NCBI RefSeq assembly: GCF_003072485.1 | Contig: NZ_CP025989.1 | Location: 60,001 to 92,000 of the forward strand | Direction: 5' to 3' | DNA from: Candidatus Fokinia solitaria | Lineage (GTDB): Bacteria; Pseudomonadota; Alphaproteobacteria; Rickettsiales; Midichloriaceae | Length of the DNA stretch: 32,000 nucleotides | Shown: piece by piece, positions 1 through 9,488 of the stretch | Position numbering within the stretch: the stretch's first letter is position 1 | Layout: every line of letters begins with the position of its first letter | The notes under the pieces: model-generated | Seen by the model: the letters and a program-made list of their open reading frames with translations, nothing else | Told to the model about the DNA's origin: nothing | Database searches by the model: none | Program-made: the position numbers and the translations under genes

Positions 1-1032
1 GTGCACTTCAAAAAGTCCGATTTGATTTGATACATGTTCTTCACCGAAGAAGGTATCACTCATAAAGCCTATTCTAAATCTGCTAATTCCATATGAAGCA
101 CCTAGATACATACTGCTTTCATCTCCCTTTAGTGATTCTGCAATATTATCGAATAAAGCGCCAGCAAGGGATAATTGTGCGCCCATGTATCCTATTTTCA
201 TACCATATATCATACTGCTACAACGATTGTTACTTCTCTCTAAATATGCGTTTTCTCCACCACACCAAGTGGCAAAATCTACGTTTTTAAATTTACCGCA
301 ATAAGAGACGATGGCACGTATGTTATCTCTGTACTGTTGTGGCGTTATACTTGCTGTATGCGGAAGGATTGATGTTTTTCCTAGATATTCGCTTGTATTC
401 GGTACATAAGTAACGCCAACGGTAAAATCGTTATAGCATCCTACGAGACTGACTTTATTAGCAAATAACTGATTATTCTCGTATAGTGGTTGTTCACCAA
501 GAAATGAAGAATATGGCTTTATGTTAGCGATGTTTTTAGTATCCGCGTCATCAGTGCTTAAACTCTGTTGTAGTAATGCAATAGGGATATATCTCATAGT
601 ATGAGTACGAAATCCTATCAATTGATACTCTAGTGGATTGATGCTTTTATCCGTTTTCATGCTTAATACTAACTTTTGGTATGTGCCAGGAGTAATGTCG
701 TGCTTTAAAATACCGTATACATTCTGCAGTATAGGCATACCATTCATTACTTCACTCCATGAGGTATATATTGCCCCTTCTACGCCTATGATGTACTTTA
801 AGTAATCTGAAATTCTCTTTTTATATTTTAGCTCTCCTGTTAGAATAAGGTTATTACCGTATGTAACATCGTTACCACTTTGTTCGCTTAATGTATTCCA
901 CATCTCAAATCCCATTTTCGAAGAAAACACGCCTTTTGTAGTATTTTCCTCGTTGTTGCTATACGCATTGGAGTATGATGTAGATGTACAAAATAGATAA
1001 AATGCATATAATGCACCAATATATTTGTACAT
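1..1032 (-). CDS. Porin-like outer membrane protein, C-terminus cut off by window start
   Basis: Open frame on minus strand from ATG at 1032 (MYKYIGALYAFYLFCTSTSYSNAYSNNEENTTKGVFSSKMGFEMWNTL...) through position 1 with no stop (344 codons). Signal-like N-terminus, then barrel-like segments (MIYGMKIGYMGAQLSLAGALFDN, MYLGASYGISRFRIGFMSDTFF). Missing from the ORF track because it runs off the edge. Confidence 0.7.
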   Translation of the reverse strand, partial: MYKYIGALYAFYLFCTSTSYSNAYSNNEENTTKGVFSSKMGFEMWNTLSEQSGNDVTYGNNLILTGELKYKKRISDYLKYIIGVEGAIYTSWSEVMNGMPILQNVYGILKHDITPGTYQKLVLSMKTDKSINPLEYQLIGFRTHTMRYIPIALLQQSLSTDDADTKNIANIKPYSSFLGEQPLYENNQLFANKVSLVGCYNDFTVGVTYVPNTSEYLGKTSILPHTASITPQQYRDNIRAIVSYCGKFKNVDFATWCGGENAYLERSNNRCSSMIYGMKIGYMGAQLSLAGALFDNIAESLKGDESSMYLGASYGISRFRIGFMSDTFFGEEHVSNQIGLFEVH

Positions 1033-1110
1033 TCAGAGCGCAGATGTTTATTTATAAAAAGTAATTAACTATAATTTTTCAGGGTAGCAATAGAATATTT
1101 TTAATATAGC

Positions 1111-2811
1111 GTGATTAATAGAAACCAAAACACCGATACTCCTATCAAAAATGCATTAAGTGCAATACGCACGATGGTGTGGTATGCGATTCTTACAAGT
1201 AGTGCTTCTGCTGCTTTAAGTGTGTGGATCTCGTTTTTTAGTTTAAATGTGTTAGATAAAGCTATACCTAGTGGCAATCTCGATACTTTAGGCGCTTTTA
1301 CATTTCTAGTAATAGTCGCTTATCTTGTAAACAGTGCAATTACCGGTGGTAGAGCTTTCGTAATGAGTAAGATCTCTTCATGGTTTGAGTATAAGATTGC
1401 AGATGCAGTACTTCATAATGCGATAAAGACTTCACTCGTTGCAAAGAGTAATGCTGGTAGCCAAAGTATCAGAGATTTACAAACTCTTTGTAACTACATT
1501 GCATCAAATGCACCAGTGATGCTTATAGATGCACCTTGGTCGCTTGTATTTACTATAATACTTTTCCTCATACACCCTATGATGGGCACTTTGGCACTCA
1601 TAGGATCTATCGCGATAATTATAGTAGGTGTCGTGAATGAGAGATATACGAAGAAACTTGTGGAAAAGCATAATGAAAATTTTATCGCAAGTATGAAATA
1701 TGTAGATAATCTCACTAGAGGCGCAGAGGTGCTTGAATCTATGGGAATGTCAAGAAGAGGTGTAGAAATATGGCATAAGATTAATCTGAAAGTGAACGAA
1801 TCGAGGATAGATAATAGCAAAAGACAAGCTTTTGCCACAGAATTCAGCAAACTTGTACGTGGTATATTACAGGTGTTTACGACTTTAACAGGTGCTTATC
1901 TTGTAATTAAAGGCGAAATAACATCAGGTGCTATGATTACTGGCTCAACGTTGGTTAGTAAAGCGTTAGAACCATGGGGAAATGCATTAAATGCGGTGAA
2001 AAATGTGCTTAATGTGAAAAAAGCTTACGAAAGACTAAATAGTGGATTTAGAAGCTTTGTTCATGATGAGGAATTGATGCAAATGCCCGCTACTGAAGGA
2101 GTAGTTTCTATAGAAAATGTGTATTACGCACCGCATGGTAGTAATACGTACTTCATAAAGGCGATTAACATGCATATGAAGCCAGGACAAGTTTGCGCTT
2201 TGATTGGTCCTAGTGGCTCAGGAAAATCTACTCTTCTTTCGATCATTGCTGGCGCTAAAGAACCTGGACTTGGAATAGTAAGGATAGACGGTAGTGATAG
2301 AAAAAATCTTCGAAAAGAGGATTTAGGAAGTTCTATAGGATACTTACCTCAAGATGTACAGTTGCTTTCCGGTACTGTTAAAATGAATATCTCGAGGCTT
2401 GATGCTGATGCAAATTATGAAGATATCATACAAGCGGCACAGATAGTAGGTGCACATGAAATGATTACTCGTCTCCCTAATGGTTATGATACTGATGTTG
2501 GAGTGGATGGTAGTAATCTTTCTGGCGGACAGAAACAAGCAATAGGATTGGCGCGTGCATTCTATAAAATGCCTCAGATCGTATTGTTAGATGAAGCCGA
2601 AGCAAGTCTTGATGATTCAAGCAGGGTGAATCTTGTAACAGCTATAGAAGTACTAAAGGAACAAAAAGCTACCGTTGTACTTGTGACGCACAACCCTATG
2701 ATGCTTCAACTTGCTGATACTGTAGTGGTAATGAGAAGTGGCGAAATAGTGATGTCAGGACCTTATGCGGAAGTGACTAAAGCTCTGCAGCAAAAGCAGA
2801 AGATTCAGTAG
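1111..2811 (+). CDS. Type I secretion system permease/ATPase (PrtD/AprD-like ABC transporter)
   Basis: N-terminal TM domain with SWFEYKIADAVLHNAI and NAPVMLIDAPW-type segments typical of PrtD; Walker A GPSGSGKST, signature LSGGQKQ, Walker B IVLLDEAEASLD; followed directly by an HlyD-family gene. Confidence 0.92.
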   Translation: MINRNQNTDTPIKNALSAIRTMVWYAILTSSASAALSVWISFFSLNVLDKAIPSGNLDTLGAFTFLVIVAYLVNSAITGGRAFVMSKISSWFEYKIADAVLHNAIKTSLVAKSNAGSQSIRDLQTLCNYIASNAPVMLIDAPWSLVFTIILFLIHPMMGTLALIGSIAIIIVGVVNERYTKKLVEKHNENFIASMKYVDNLTRGAEVLESMGMSRRGVEIWHKINLKVNESRIDNSKRQAFATEFSKLVRGILQVFTTLTGAYLVIKGEITSGAMITGSTLVSKALEPWGNALNAVKNVLNVKKAYERLNSGFRSFVHDEELMQMPATEGVVSIENVYYAPHGSNTYFIKAINMHMKPGQVCALIGPSGSGKSTLLSIIAGAKEPGLGIVRIDGSDRKNLRKEDLGSSIGYLPQDVQLLSGTVKMNISRLDADANYEDIIQAAQIVGAHEMITRLPNGYDTDVGVDGSNLSGGQKQAIGLARAFYKMPQIVLLDEAEASLDDSSRVNLVTAIEVLKEQKATVVLVTHNPMMLQLADTVVVMRSGEIVMSGPYAEVTKALQQKQKIQ

Positions 2812-2830
2812 TTATAATTACAATTTTCCT

Positions 2831-4447
2831 ATGAAGTATATGAAAAGATTTTTAAACTGGTTTTCGAGAAAATTCAGTACTTTTACCTCGTTTCTTGGTT
2901 ATAAGAAGCGAAAGAATGAAAGTGAGATAAAAGATGTTTCTCTTAGTAAAGAGGATGCAAATTCTAATGATGTAAAAAGTGCTCAGATTCAGCATCTTTT
3001 ATCACAGTTCTTACAGAGTGAACATAAATGTAAGAAAACTCTCAAAGATGGATGGAAGCTTATCCAATCATCTATTTGTGAAATTGTAGCTTTCCTTAAA
3101 GGTGAAGGTGGCGCAATTCCTGCGCTTCAGGAAAAAATAGACCAAAGTTTAAAAAGTGCTGTCAAAAAACCGATAAAGTTTGTAATGCTAGCATTGGCAA
3201 CGTTTTTTGTAATATTCATACTATGGGCAGGATTTGCCCCTATAGATAGTGCGGTAATTGCTAGAGGAGTATTAGTTTTAGAAAATAATAGAAAAAGCAT
3301 ACAACATCTAGAAGGAGGAGTCATAAAAACAATATTTGTCAAAGACGGGGATATAGTAAAGAAAGGCGATCCGATAATACAGCTGGAGGGCGCGAGTGTT
3401 GTATCAGATATGCAAGCAACTCTTTCTACTTTGAGATTTCACATAGCTACTGAAATACGTTTACTTGCTGAGCTGAATAAATATAAGACACTCAATTTTA
3501 ATAGTCCTGAGCTTGATCCTAGTGATCCAGAAGTGAAGGATATTATCGCTACTCAAATTCGAGTTTTTAATGCAAGAAAAGAAGATATGCAGGAAAAACT
3601 TGCACTTTTCGCAAGCGAAAAGAAAAGAAAATTAGATGAACTGAAAGAATATGAAAAACAGCTTGAAGTTAGCTCTAAGACTCTAAAGCTAGAAGAGCAG
3701 AAACTACAAGATGTAGAGAAATTGTCAGAATCTAAAATATTGTCAAAATTTCAGTTAAGCGATACACAAAGGATATATAATGAACATCTGAATGTAGTGA
3801 GTAAGCTGCGTGGCGCAGTTGCTGTGACTCAAGAAGAAGTGAAAAATAGCGATGTAAGAGTGGCAAGTTATTTAAAAGATACAGTCTCTAAAATCTCCGA
3901 TGAATATAAACAGAATCATCTCGAGCTTTTGCAGTTAAGAAGCAGATATCTGCAAGCTTTGGATCGTTATCAGAGATTGATTATTAGAGCGCCAGAAAGT
4001 GGCTTGGTTACTGGTCTTAGATATCATACCGAAGGCGGAGTGATATCTCATGCAGATAATACTATTGCAAGTATTATTAATCCTAATGACGATATAATCG
4101 TAGAAGCTTATATAATGCCGCAGGACTTAATTAGAGTGCAAGAAGGAATGAAGGCTAAAGTGCAACTTGAAGCAGAGAAGCAGCGTCTAGTACCTAAATT
4201 ACCTGCAGAAATCTTCTATGTTTCAGCAGATAGACAAGAGAGACCTCAGACTTCTCAGACCCTTCCTCCTGAATTCTATTTGGTGAAATTAAGAATACTT
4301 GGTGAAAAAGTAGAGTTCTTAGGTAGTGAAGTTGAGCTAAGGCCAGGAAAACCTGTCAGTGTGTACATAAGTAAAGGTGCAACTACCATGGCGAAGTACT
4401 TCCTTGGCGCTATATTGGATAGCATGAATAGAGCTATTGTAAGGTAA
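2831..4447 (+). CDS. Type I secretion membrane fusion protein, HlyD/PrtE family
   Basis: Single TM (FVMLALATFFVIFILWAGFAPIDSAVIARGVLVLENNRKSIQHLEGGVIKTIFVKDGDIVKKGDPIIQLE), long coiled coil, C-terminal RAPESGLVTGLRYHTEGGVI and PGKPVSVYI; 19 nt downstream of the ABC gene. Confidence 0.92.
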   Translation: MKYMKRFLNWFSRKFSTFTSFLGYKKRKNESEIKDVSLSKEDANSNDVKSAQIQHLLSQFLQSEHKCKKTLKDGWKLIQSSICEIVAFLKGEGGAIPALQEKIDQSLKSAVKKPIKFVMLALATFFVIFILWAGFAPIDSAVIARGVLVLENNRKSIQHLEGGVIKTIFVKDGDIVKKGDPIIQLEGASVVSDMQATLSTLRFHIATEIRLLAELNKYKTLNFNSPELDPSDPEVKDIIATQIRVFNARKEDMQEKLALFASEKKRKLDELKEYEKQLEVSSKTLKLEEQKLQDVEKLSESKILSKFQLSDTQRIYNEHLNVVSKLRGAVAVTQEEVKNSDVRVASYLKDTVSKISDEYKQNHLELLQLRSRYLQALDRYQRLIIRAPESGLVTGLRYHTEGGVISHADNTIASIINPNDDIIVEAYIMPQDLIRVQEGMKAKVQLEAEKQRLVPKLPAEIFYVSADRQERPQTSQTLPPEFYLVKLRILGEKVEFLGSEVELRPGKPVSVYISKGATTMAKYFLGAILDSMNRAIVR

Positions 4448-4463
4448 TTAGAAAGCTATTCGT

Positions 4464-4504
4464 GGAAGTTTTCTGTTAGCAACGTTGCACTTCAGAAAAC
4501 TTTC
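4464..4504 (+). terminator. Probable hairpin terminator of the type I secretion operon
   Basis: GGAAGTTTTCTG (4464-4475) pairs with CAGAAAACTTTC (4493-4504), 12 bp with one G-U; loop contains the palindrome GCAACGTTGC (4479-4488). Only a weak T-rich stretch (CTTTTTAG) follows. Confidence 0.55.
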
Positions 4505-4862
4505 ATCGTACTTTTTAGTAACGTTCTACAAGATTTAAGATAGAGGCCAATATGTGTAATATGAGTGCTATTGGTGCGAAGTAGCAGTTTAGCACGTTGA
4601 GGAATTGCGCTAAAAAAATCGTAACGCTATTGAGAGTTATGAAATAATCAAAGTTTACAATAAAACATATTGTTTATCTCAAAATGATTATTTTTTTTAT
4701 TTCGAGCTAAAAGATCGTAAATAGATATGTACGTATGTTGTTTTTGAATTTAGTGTTTGTGAGAAATAAAAAATATTGCCTTATTTATTACATGATATGC
4801 TAGTATATTGCATCGAGTTGTGCTACCCTTACGGAGGTATTTTATAAGCTAGTAACAGATTT

Positions 4863-5729
4863 ATGTCACATTCTTCCAATCTCGATTTGCACAGATTATT
4901 TGATGAATTTATTAGAAAATTGGAACTCAGTGTGAATTATGACGAAGATGGTGTTGATTTTTGGTATGCAAGAAAATTGCAAGAAATTCTTGAATATAAA
5001 GAATGGCTACTTTTTCAAGAGGTAATAAAAAAAGCAGCGTATGCTGCTTGTAGTGCTGGTATGGCAGTTGAGAAGAATTTCCAGGAAATCTTTACTGATA
5101 TTGAAGGTAAGAAGGAAAGTGATTATCGACTTACGAGATATGCATGCTACATGATAGCGCAAAATGCGGATGCTGGTAATAAGGCGATCGCTTTAGCACA
5201 AACTTACTTTGCTACATTAGTGAGAAAACAAGAGATAGAGCAAGAAAGAGAACAAGAAATAGAGCGTAGAGTGGAATTAAGAGAAATGTCAAAAAAAGAG
5301 AATAAGAAATTGACCAAAGCCGCAAAAAATGCAGGAGTCAGAAATTATGGAGCGTTTCAAAATGCAGGCTATCGAGGTCTATATAATGGTAAAACGTCAT
5401 CGGATATTGCGAAGTATAAAAAGTTACCTGAAAGTGCTACTATTCTCGATCATATGGGCAGTGAAGAACTTGGAGCAAATCTTTTTAGAATAACGCAAGC
5501 TACAGGCAAAATACAAAGAGAGAAGGTAAAAGGAGAGTCAGCAGCAAATAAGATTAATTATGACGCAGGATTGCTTGTTAGAGACACGATCGAAAAAATG
5601 GGAAATACTATGCCAGAAGATTTACCTACTGCAGAAAATATAAAAAAAATAGCGCAGCAGAAGAAGAAATTGCAAAAAGCTAATGATAAAGATTTTAAAA
5701 AAGTAGAAAAGAAAGAGCAGAGAAGCTAA
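4863..5729 (+). CDS. dinD: DNA damage-inducible protein D homologue
   Basis: Matches the remembered DinD pattern throughout: DGVDFWYARKLQEILEYKEWLLFQEVIKKA, DYRLTRYACYMIAQNAD, IALAQTYFA, ATILDHMGSEELGANLFRITQA, GNTMPEDLPT. Confidence 0.9.
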   Translation: MSHSSNLDLHRLFDEFIRKLELSVNYDEDGVDFWYARKLQEILEYKEWLLFQEVIKKAAYAACSAGMAVEKNFQEIFTDIEGKKESDYRLTRYACYMIAQNADAGNKAIALAQTYFATLVRKQEIEQEREQEIERRVELREMSKKENKKLTKAAKNAGVRNYGAFQNAGYRGLYNGKTSSDIAKYKKLPESATILDHMGSEELGANLFRITQATGKIQREKVKGESAANKINYDAGLLVRDTIEKMGNTMPEDLPTAENIKKIAQQKKKLQKANDKDFKKVEKKEQRS

Positions 5730-6411
5730 ATGAAAATCAGGTAATTGAAGAAAGGTATATATGGATAGTGTTTTGGCTTATTATGCAAGATTTGATAGCT
5801 TTCACATTAGCATTCGGATTTTGAAAATAGATCATGTAGCGCTTTGTAGAGTTGCTACAGCAGTGTATTTAGTTTTGCTTTGCGCTGGTTTTATAGTTTT
5901 GTTATGGTTTTAAAAGTGAAATAAGCATGTTCATCACAAGATAGCAGTAGTTTTCATCGAGTAATGTTAATTAGATATGTTTTTTACTGATAACGTAGAA
6001 TATCAGGACTTACGAATTAGTTTTTACTATATTACATTTTGTGTCAGAGTTAGCATTAATCATTTTCGTATATCATTCACGTATTTAGCGCTTAAAATCC
6101 TCGAATAGTGCTGAAGTTTCTGCTAGAAAACGTTAAAGAGGCAAGTAGAAGAAATCGTACCTCTACTCTACATAAAATTGCCTCGAGACACCACGCAACA
6201 TACAAATATACTTATGAATACATGCGCAAAACTCTGCTTGTACTTCTTTCCTGTAATGAATCCTCAGTTGACGTTTTGAAAGAATAGCATCTCAAGATGC
6301 AAGAGTAAAAAGCATACCATTCAAACAGCGATCGCATACAGAATTGAAAAAGCTGAACTTCTTTAAATTTTTGATATGCTACTAAGAATGATGCGATTCT
6401 ATAAGATTTTT

Positions 6412-6717
6412 CTACCAACTTGCTTTTCTTACGCCAGGTAATAGTCCTTTAGTTGCCAAATCTCTAAGACATATTCTTGAGAGCATAAAATGTCTATATA
6501 CTCCTCTTCCTCTGCCAGTAATTGCACAGCGTACACGCACTCTAGTATTACTGCCATCTCTAGGCATAGAGTTCAATTTTATTTGCGCTTTGAATCTTTC
6601 TTCGACAGATCTGTTGGTATCTCTAACAATGTCTTTTAACTCTTTTCTTGCTGAAGAATACTTAGCGACCATTTTCTTACGCTTCTCATTTCTTGCTATC
6701 ACGCTTTGCTTTGCCAT
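6412..6717 (-). CDS. rpsN: 30S ribosomal protein S14
   Basis: [17 protein letters not shown]...[49 protein letters not shown], canonical S14 C-terminus. Confidence 0.97.
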   Translation of the reverse strand: MAKQSVIARNEKRKKMVAKYSSARKELKDIVRDTNRSVEERFKAQIKLNSMPRDGSNTRVRVRCAITGRGRGVYRHFMLSRICLRDLATKGLLPGVRKASW

Positions 6718-6881
6718 TAGTTAGAAACCTACTTTACCTTATTATCTACCGTAGAATGATAGCAAAAAACATGCGAAAAACTAGTAAAATTTTACTCTTA
6801 TGAGAAAATCACAAAAACCTTCAGTGAGAACTATGAAAAGTTCATCGCCGAAGGTGTAATGCAGAGTGTTAATTTAATCTC

Positions 6882-8585
6882 TTAGCTAGTTTGACCGCTA
6901 CATTTTATTGAAACAGGGACGACCTTTAGTACGTTATTTTCATCAAATCCTGCGATTTTCAATGTTAGATTTGCCCCTATCATAGCAGTTGTATCGAAGT
7001 CTTTTGTATCACCTAGTATATCCTGCATATTAGCTATATCGATATGTACGGAGAACTCTCCTGCTACTTCCGCTTCTAATGAAGAAGTTCTAACTTTTGT
7101 AACTACGCCATTCACTGATTCTTGTTTTTGTAGTGATTCAATAACGGTATTGATCTCCTCTCTTTCTTTGCCTATTGCTCTAATGCTACACGTAATCTTT
7201 TCCTGTTGTGCATCTGTTTTTAAAACGAGACACTTCAACTTCATATCAGCAGTATAGTTCTTAATCTTTTCCTGTGCATTTTTCCACGCTATTTCCAATA
7301 TTGGCACGAGTAGTATAAGAGATGTATTTTGCTCAGGCACGACAAAAAGACCAAATTCTTCAGATACATTCTTTACAACGACATTCAAAATAGTACCTAC
7401 AGGAGTTTGCGCTATGAAATCCACCCAAGGATTTGGTTCGCACTGTTTTTTACTAAGGCTTATTTTTCTTTCTTCAATATTAAATTCTAAGATCATCACC
7501 TCTATTACGTCTCCTACCTGTATCGTTTTATTTGCTGTCATGACTTTCTGCGTCCAGCTAATCTCTGAAGAGTGTACTAATCCACAGATACCGAGTGTAG
7601 GTTCTATATCTACAAATACGCCATAATTTACTATTCTTGTAACAACGCCTTTATGTTTTGTTCTAACCTGATATTTGTCTTTGACATCGTACCAAGGATT
7701 TTTTTGCATCTGCTTTAATCCTAACGATATCCTCTTAGTATTTGGATCATAACTTATAATCATTGCCTCTATCTCTTGTCCTACATCTAATACTGCAGAT
7801 GGATGTGGTACTTTTTGCCATGAGATATCGGTAATATATAGAAGACCATCAACGGGACCAAGATCGATGAAAGCACCATAATCGGTGACATTTTTCACGA
7901 CACCTTTCACGACAGAGCCTACTTGAATACTTTTTAAGTATTCGTCGCGATACTCATTTCTCGTTTCTTCTATGCATGCTCTTCTTGAGACTACAAGATT
8001 ACCGTGCGTATCATCCATCTTAATTATCTTTACTAGTATTTCATCTTCTAGTAATACCTCCTCTTTAATAGGTCTAACATCGACTTGGCTACCAGGTAAG
8101 AAAGCTATCAAATCACCAAATTCATCAATTTGACTAGATTTATCTTCAACAATAGTACCTAGCAGTTTCACTGCGAAGCCGCCCTTTACCTTGCCTATTA
8201 CCAGACCTCTAACAGCTGATTGAGAATTAAACGACTCTTCTATCTTTTTCCAACCATCTGCTAGCATCGCTTTTTCTCTACTAAGGAGAGTGAGTCCTCC
8301 TACTTTTCCTCCATCTATATTTTCGACATACACATGTACTTGATGTCCTATCTTTAACTCAGAAGCGTTTTTGAACTCTGAAAGCAATACTCTGCCTTCA
8401 CTTTTTCCACCGATGTCTATCGTAGCACACTCTTTATCTAAGCCTACTACTACTCCATTAGCGAAACCACCTTGCAGAGAGGACGAAGTGGATTCTCCGA
8501 GTAATTCTTCGAAATCCTCATTAATTTGGATATCGAATTCGTTATTTTGATTCTTCTTATTATGAGAAGGATTGTTGTCGTGCAT
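6882..8585 (-). CDS. rpsA: 30S ribosomal protein S1
   Basis: Multiple S1 domains (VGSVVKGVVKNVTDYGAFIDLGPVDGLLYITDISW; YGVFVDIEPTLGICGLVHSSEISW). The track ORF extends to 8639, but MHDNNPSHNKK at 8585 is a more likely start. Downstream of cmk as in many proteobacteria. Confidence 0.95.
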   Translation of the reverse strand: MHDNNPSHNKKNQNNEFDIQINEDFEELLGESTSSSLQGGFANGVVVGLDKECATIDIGGKSEGRVLLSEFKNASELKIGHQVHVYVENIDGGKVGGLTLLSREKAMLADGWKKIEESFNSQSAVRGLVIGKVKGGFAVKLLGTIVEDKSSQIDEFGDLIAFLPGSQVDVRPIKEEVLLEDEILVKIIKMDDTHGNLVVSRRACIEETRNEYRDEYLKSIQVGSVVKGVVKNVTDYGAFIDLGPVDGLLYITDISWQKVPHPSAVLDVGQEIEAMIISYDPNTKRISLGLKQMQKNPWYDVKDKYQVRTKHKGVVTRIVNYGVFVDIEPTLGICGLVHSSEISWTQKVMTANKTIQVGDVIEVMILEFNIEERKISLSKKQCEPNPWVDFIAQTPVGTILNVVVKNVSEEFGLFVVPEQNTSLILLVPILEIAWKNAQEKIKNYTADMKLKCLVLKTDAQQEKITCSIRAIGKEREEINTVIESLQKQESVNGVVTKVRTSSLEAEVAGEFSVHIDIANMQDILGDTKDFDTTAMIGANLTLKIAGFDENNVLKVVPVSIKCSGQTS

Positions 8586-8639
8586 ACGAAAGATTTCTTT
8601 GTTAACAGAAATGCAGCTACTTCGTGAGGCGAAACTCAA

Positions 8640-9323
8640 TTACAGACAAAAAGCGGAAATTTTTAATAACACAAACGCTGCTAGAAATTCCACGATCTCC
8701 TCTATACTTGCAACTTCTGAATCTACTACAATCGCATCCTCGCTTACAGATAACGGATCGAGAATTCTCATTACATCACCTGTATCTCTATCCTTTACTT
8801 GCCGCAATATCGACTCATGTATAGAAGAGAATTTTGAATTTTTCAACTGTTTTACTCTTCTTTTAGCTCTCTCTGAAATAGATGCTGTGATGAAAATTTT
8901 ACATAAACAACTATTTCCTGCTACCAATGCTGCGTCTCTTCCTTCCAGAAGAAGAAATTTATAGCGATGTTTATACATCGCAATCATATCAAGTTGTACC
9001 TGTGTCGCTAACTTTCTGATTGAAGAGTATGCGGCAATCTTGGAAGTGATACTAGATATATTTGGCGTATAAAGCAGTGCATCAGATACTTCAGAGAGGT
9101 GATGAACGATATCATGTGTAACTTCTGCTGCTAAATTATTACACTCTGCTTCAAAAGCGATATCCGATAAATGCTCTACCTCTACTTTTTCGCAAAGGAG
9201 AACTGCTAACTTTCTATATATGCTGCCAGAGTTTATATGATATCCGTCCAGCTTTTTTGCTAGTGCTGAAGTGATGGTACCTTTTCCAGATGCGGCAGGG
9301 CCATCGATTGCTATAATATTCAT
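8640..9323 (-). CDS. cmk: Cytidylate kinase
   Basis: MNIIAIDGPAASGKGTITSALAKKLDGYHINSGSIYR P-loop and substrate motif; GRDAALV, IFITASISERAKRR; adjacent to rpsA. Confidence 0.93.
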   Translation of the reverse strand: MNIIAIDGPAASGKGTITSALAKKLDGYHINSGSIYRKLAVLLCEKVEVEHLSDIAFEAECNNLAAEVTHDIVHHLSEVSDALLYTPNISSITSKIAAYSSIRKLATQVQLDMIAMYKHRYKFLLLEGRDAALVAGNSCLCKIFITASISERAKRRVKQLKNSKFSSIHESILRQVKDRDTGDVMRILDPLSVSEDAIVVDSEVASIEEIVEFLAAFVLLKISAFCL

Positions 9324-9488
9324 TAAATATCACTCTATGTTTATAATCATTGTGATGATATAAATCTCGATAAAATATGCTAGTAAGGAAACTAGTTACA
9401 TGCTATATCGAAGTTATTAGAGATTTAATTTAGCTACGATAACTGTGCAATAGTTTATTGCGCAAGTATATGATGAAGACTTATCGTT

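Noticed and set aside
93-290. 65-aa plus-strand ORF in the track
   Set aside because: Lies antisense to the much longer porin-like open frame (1..1032 minus); no recognisable domain.
6212-6418. 68-aa minus ORF between dinD and rpsN
   Set aside because: No recognisable motif, overlaps the rpsN 3' end; probably chance.
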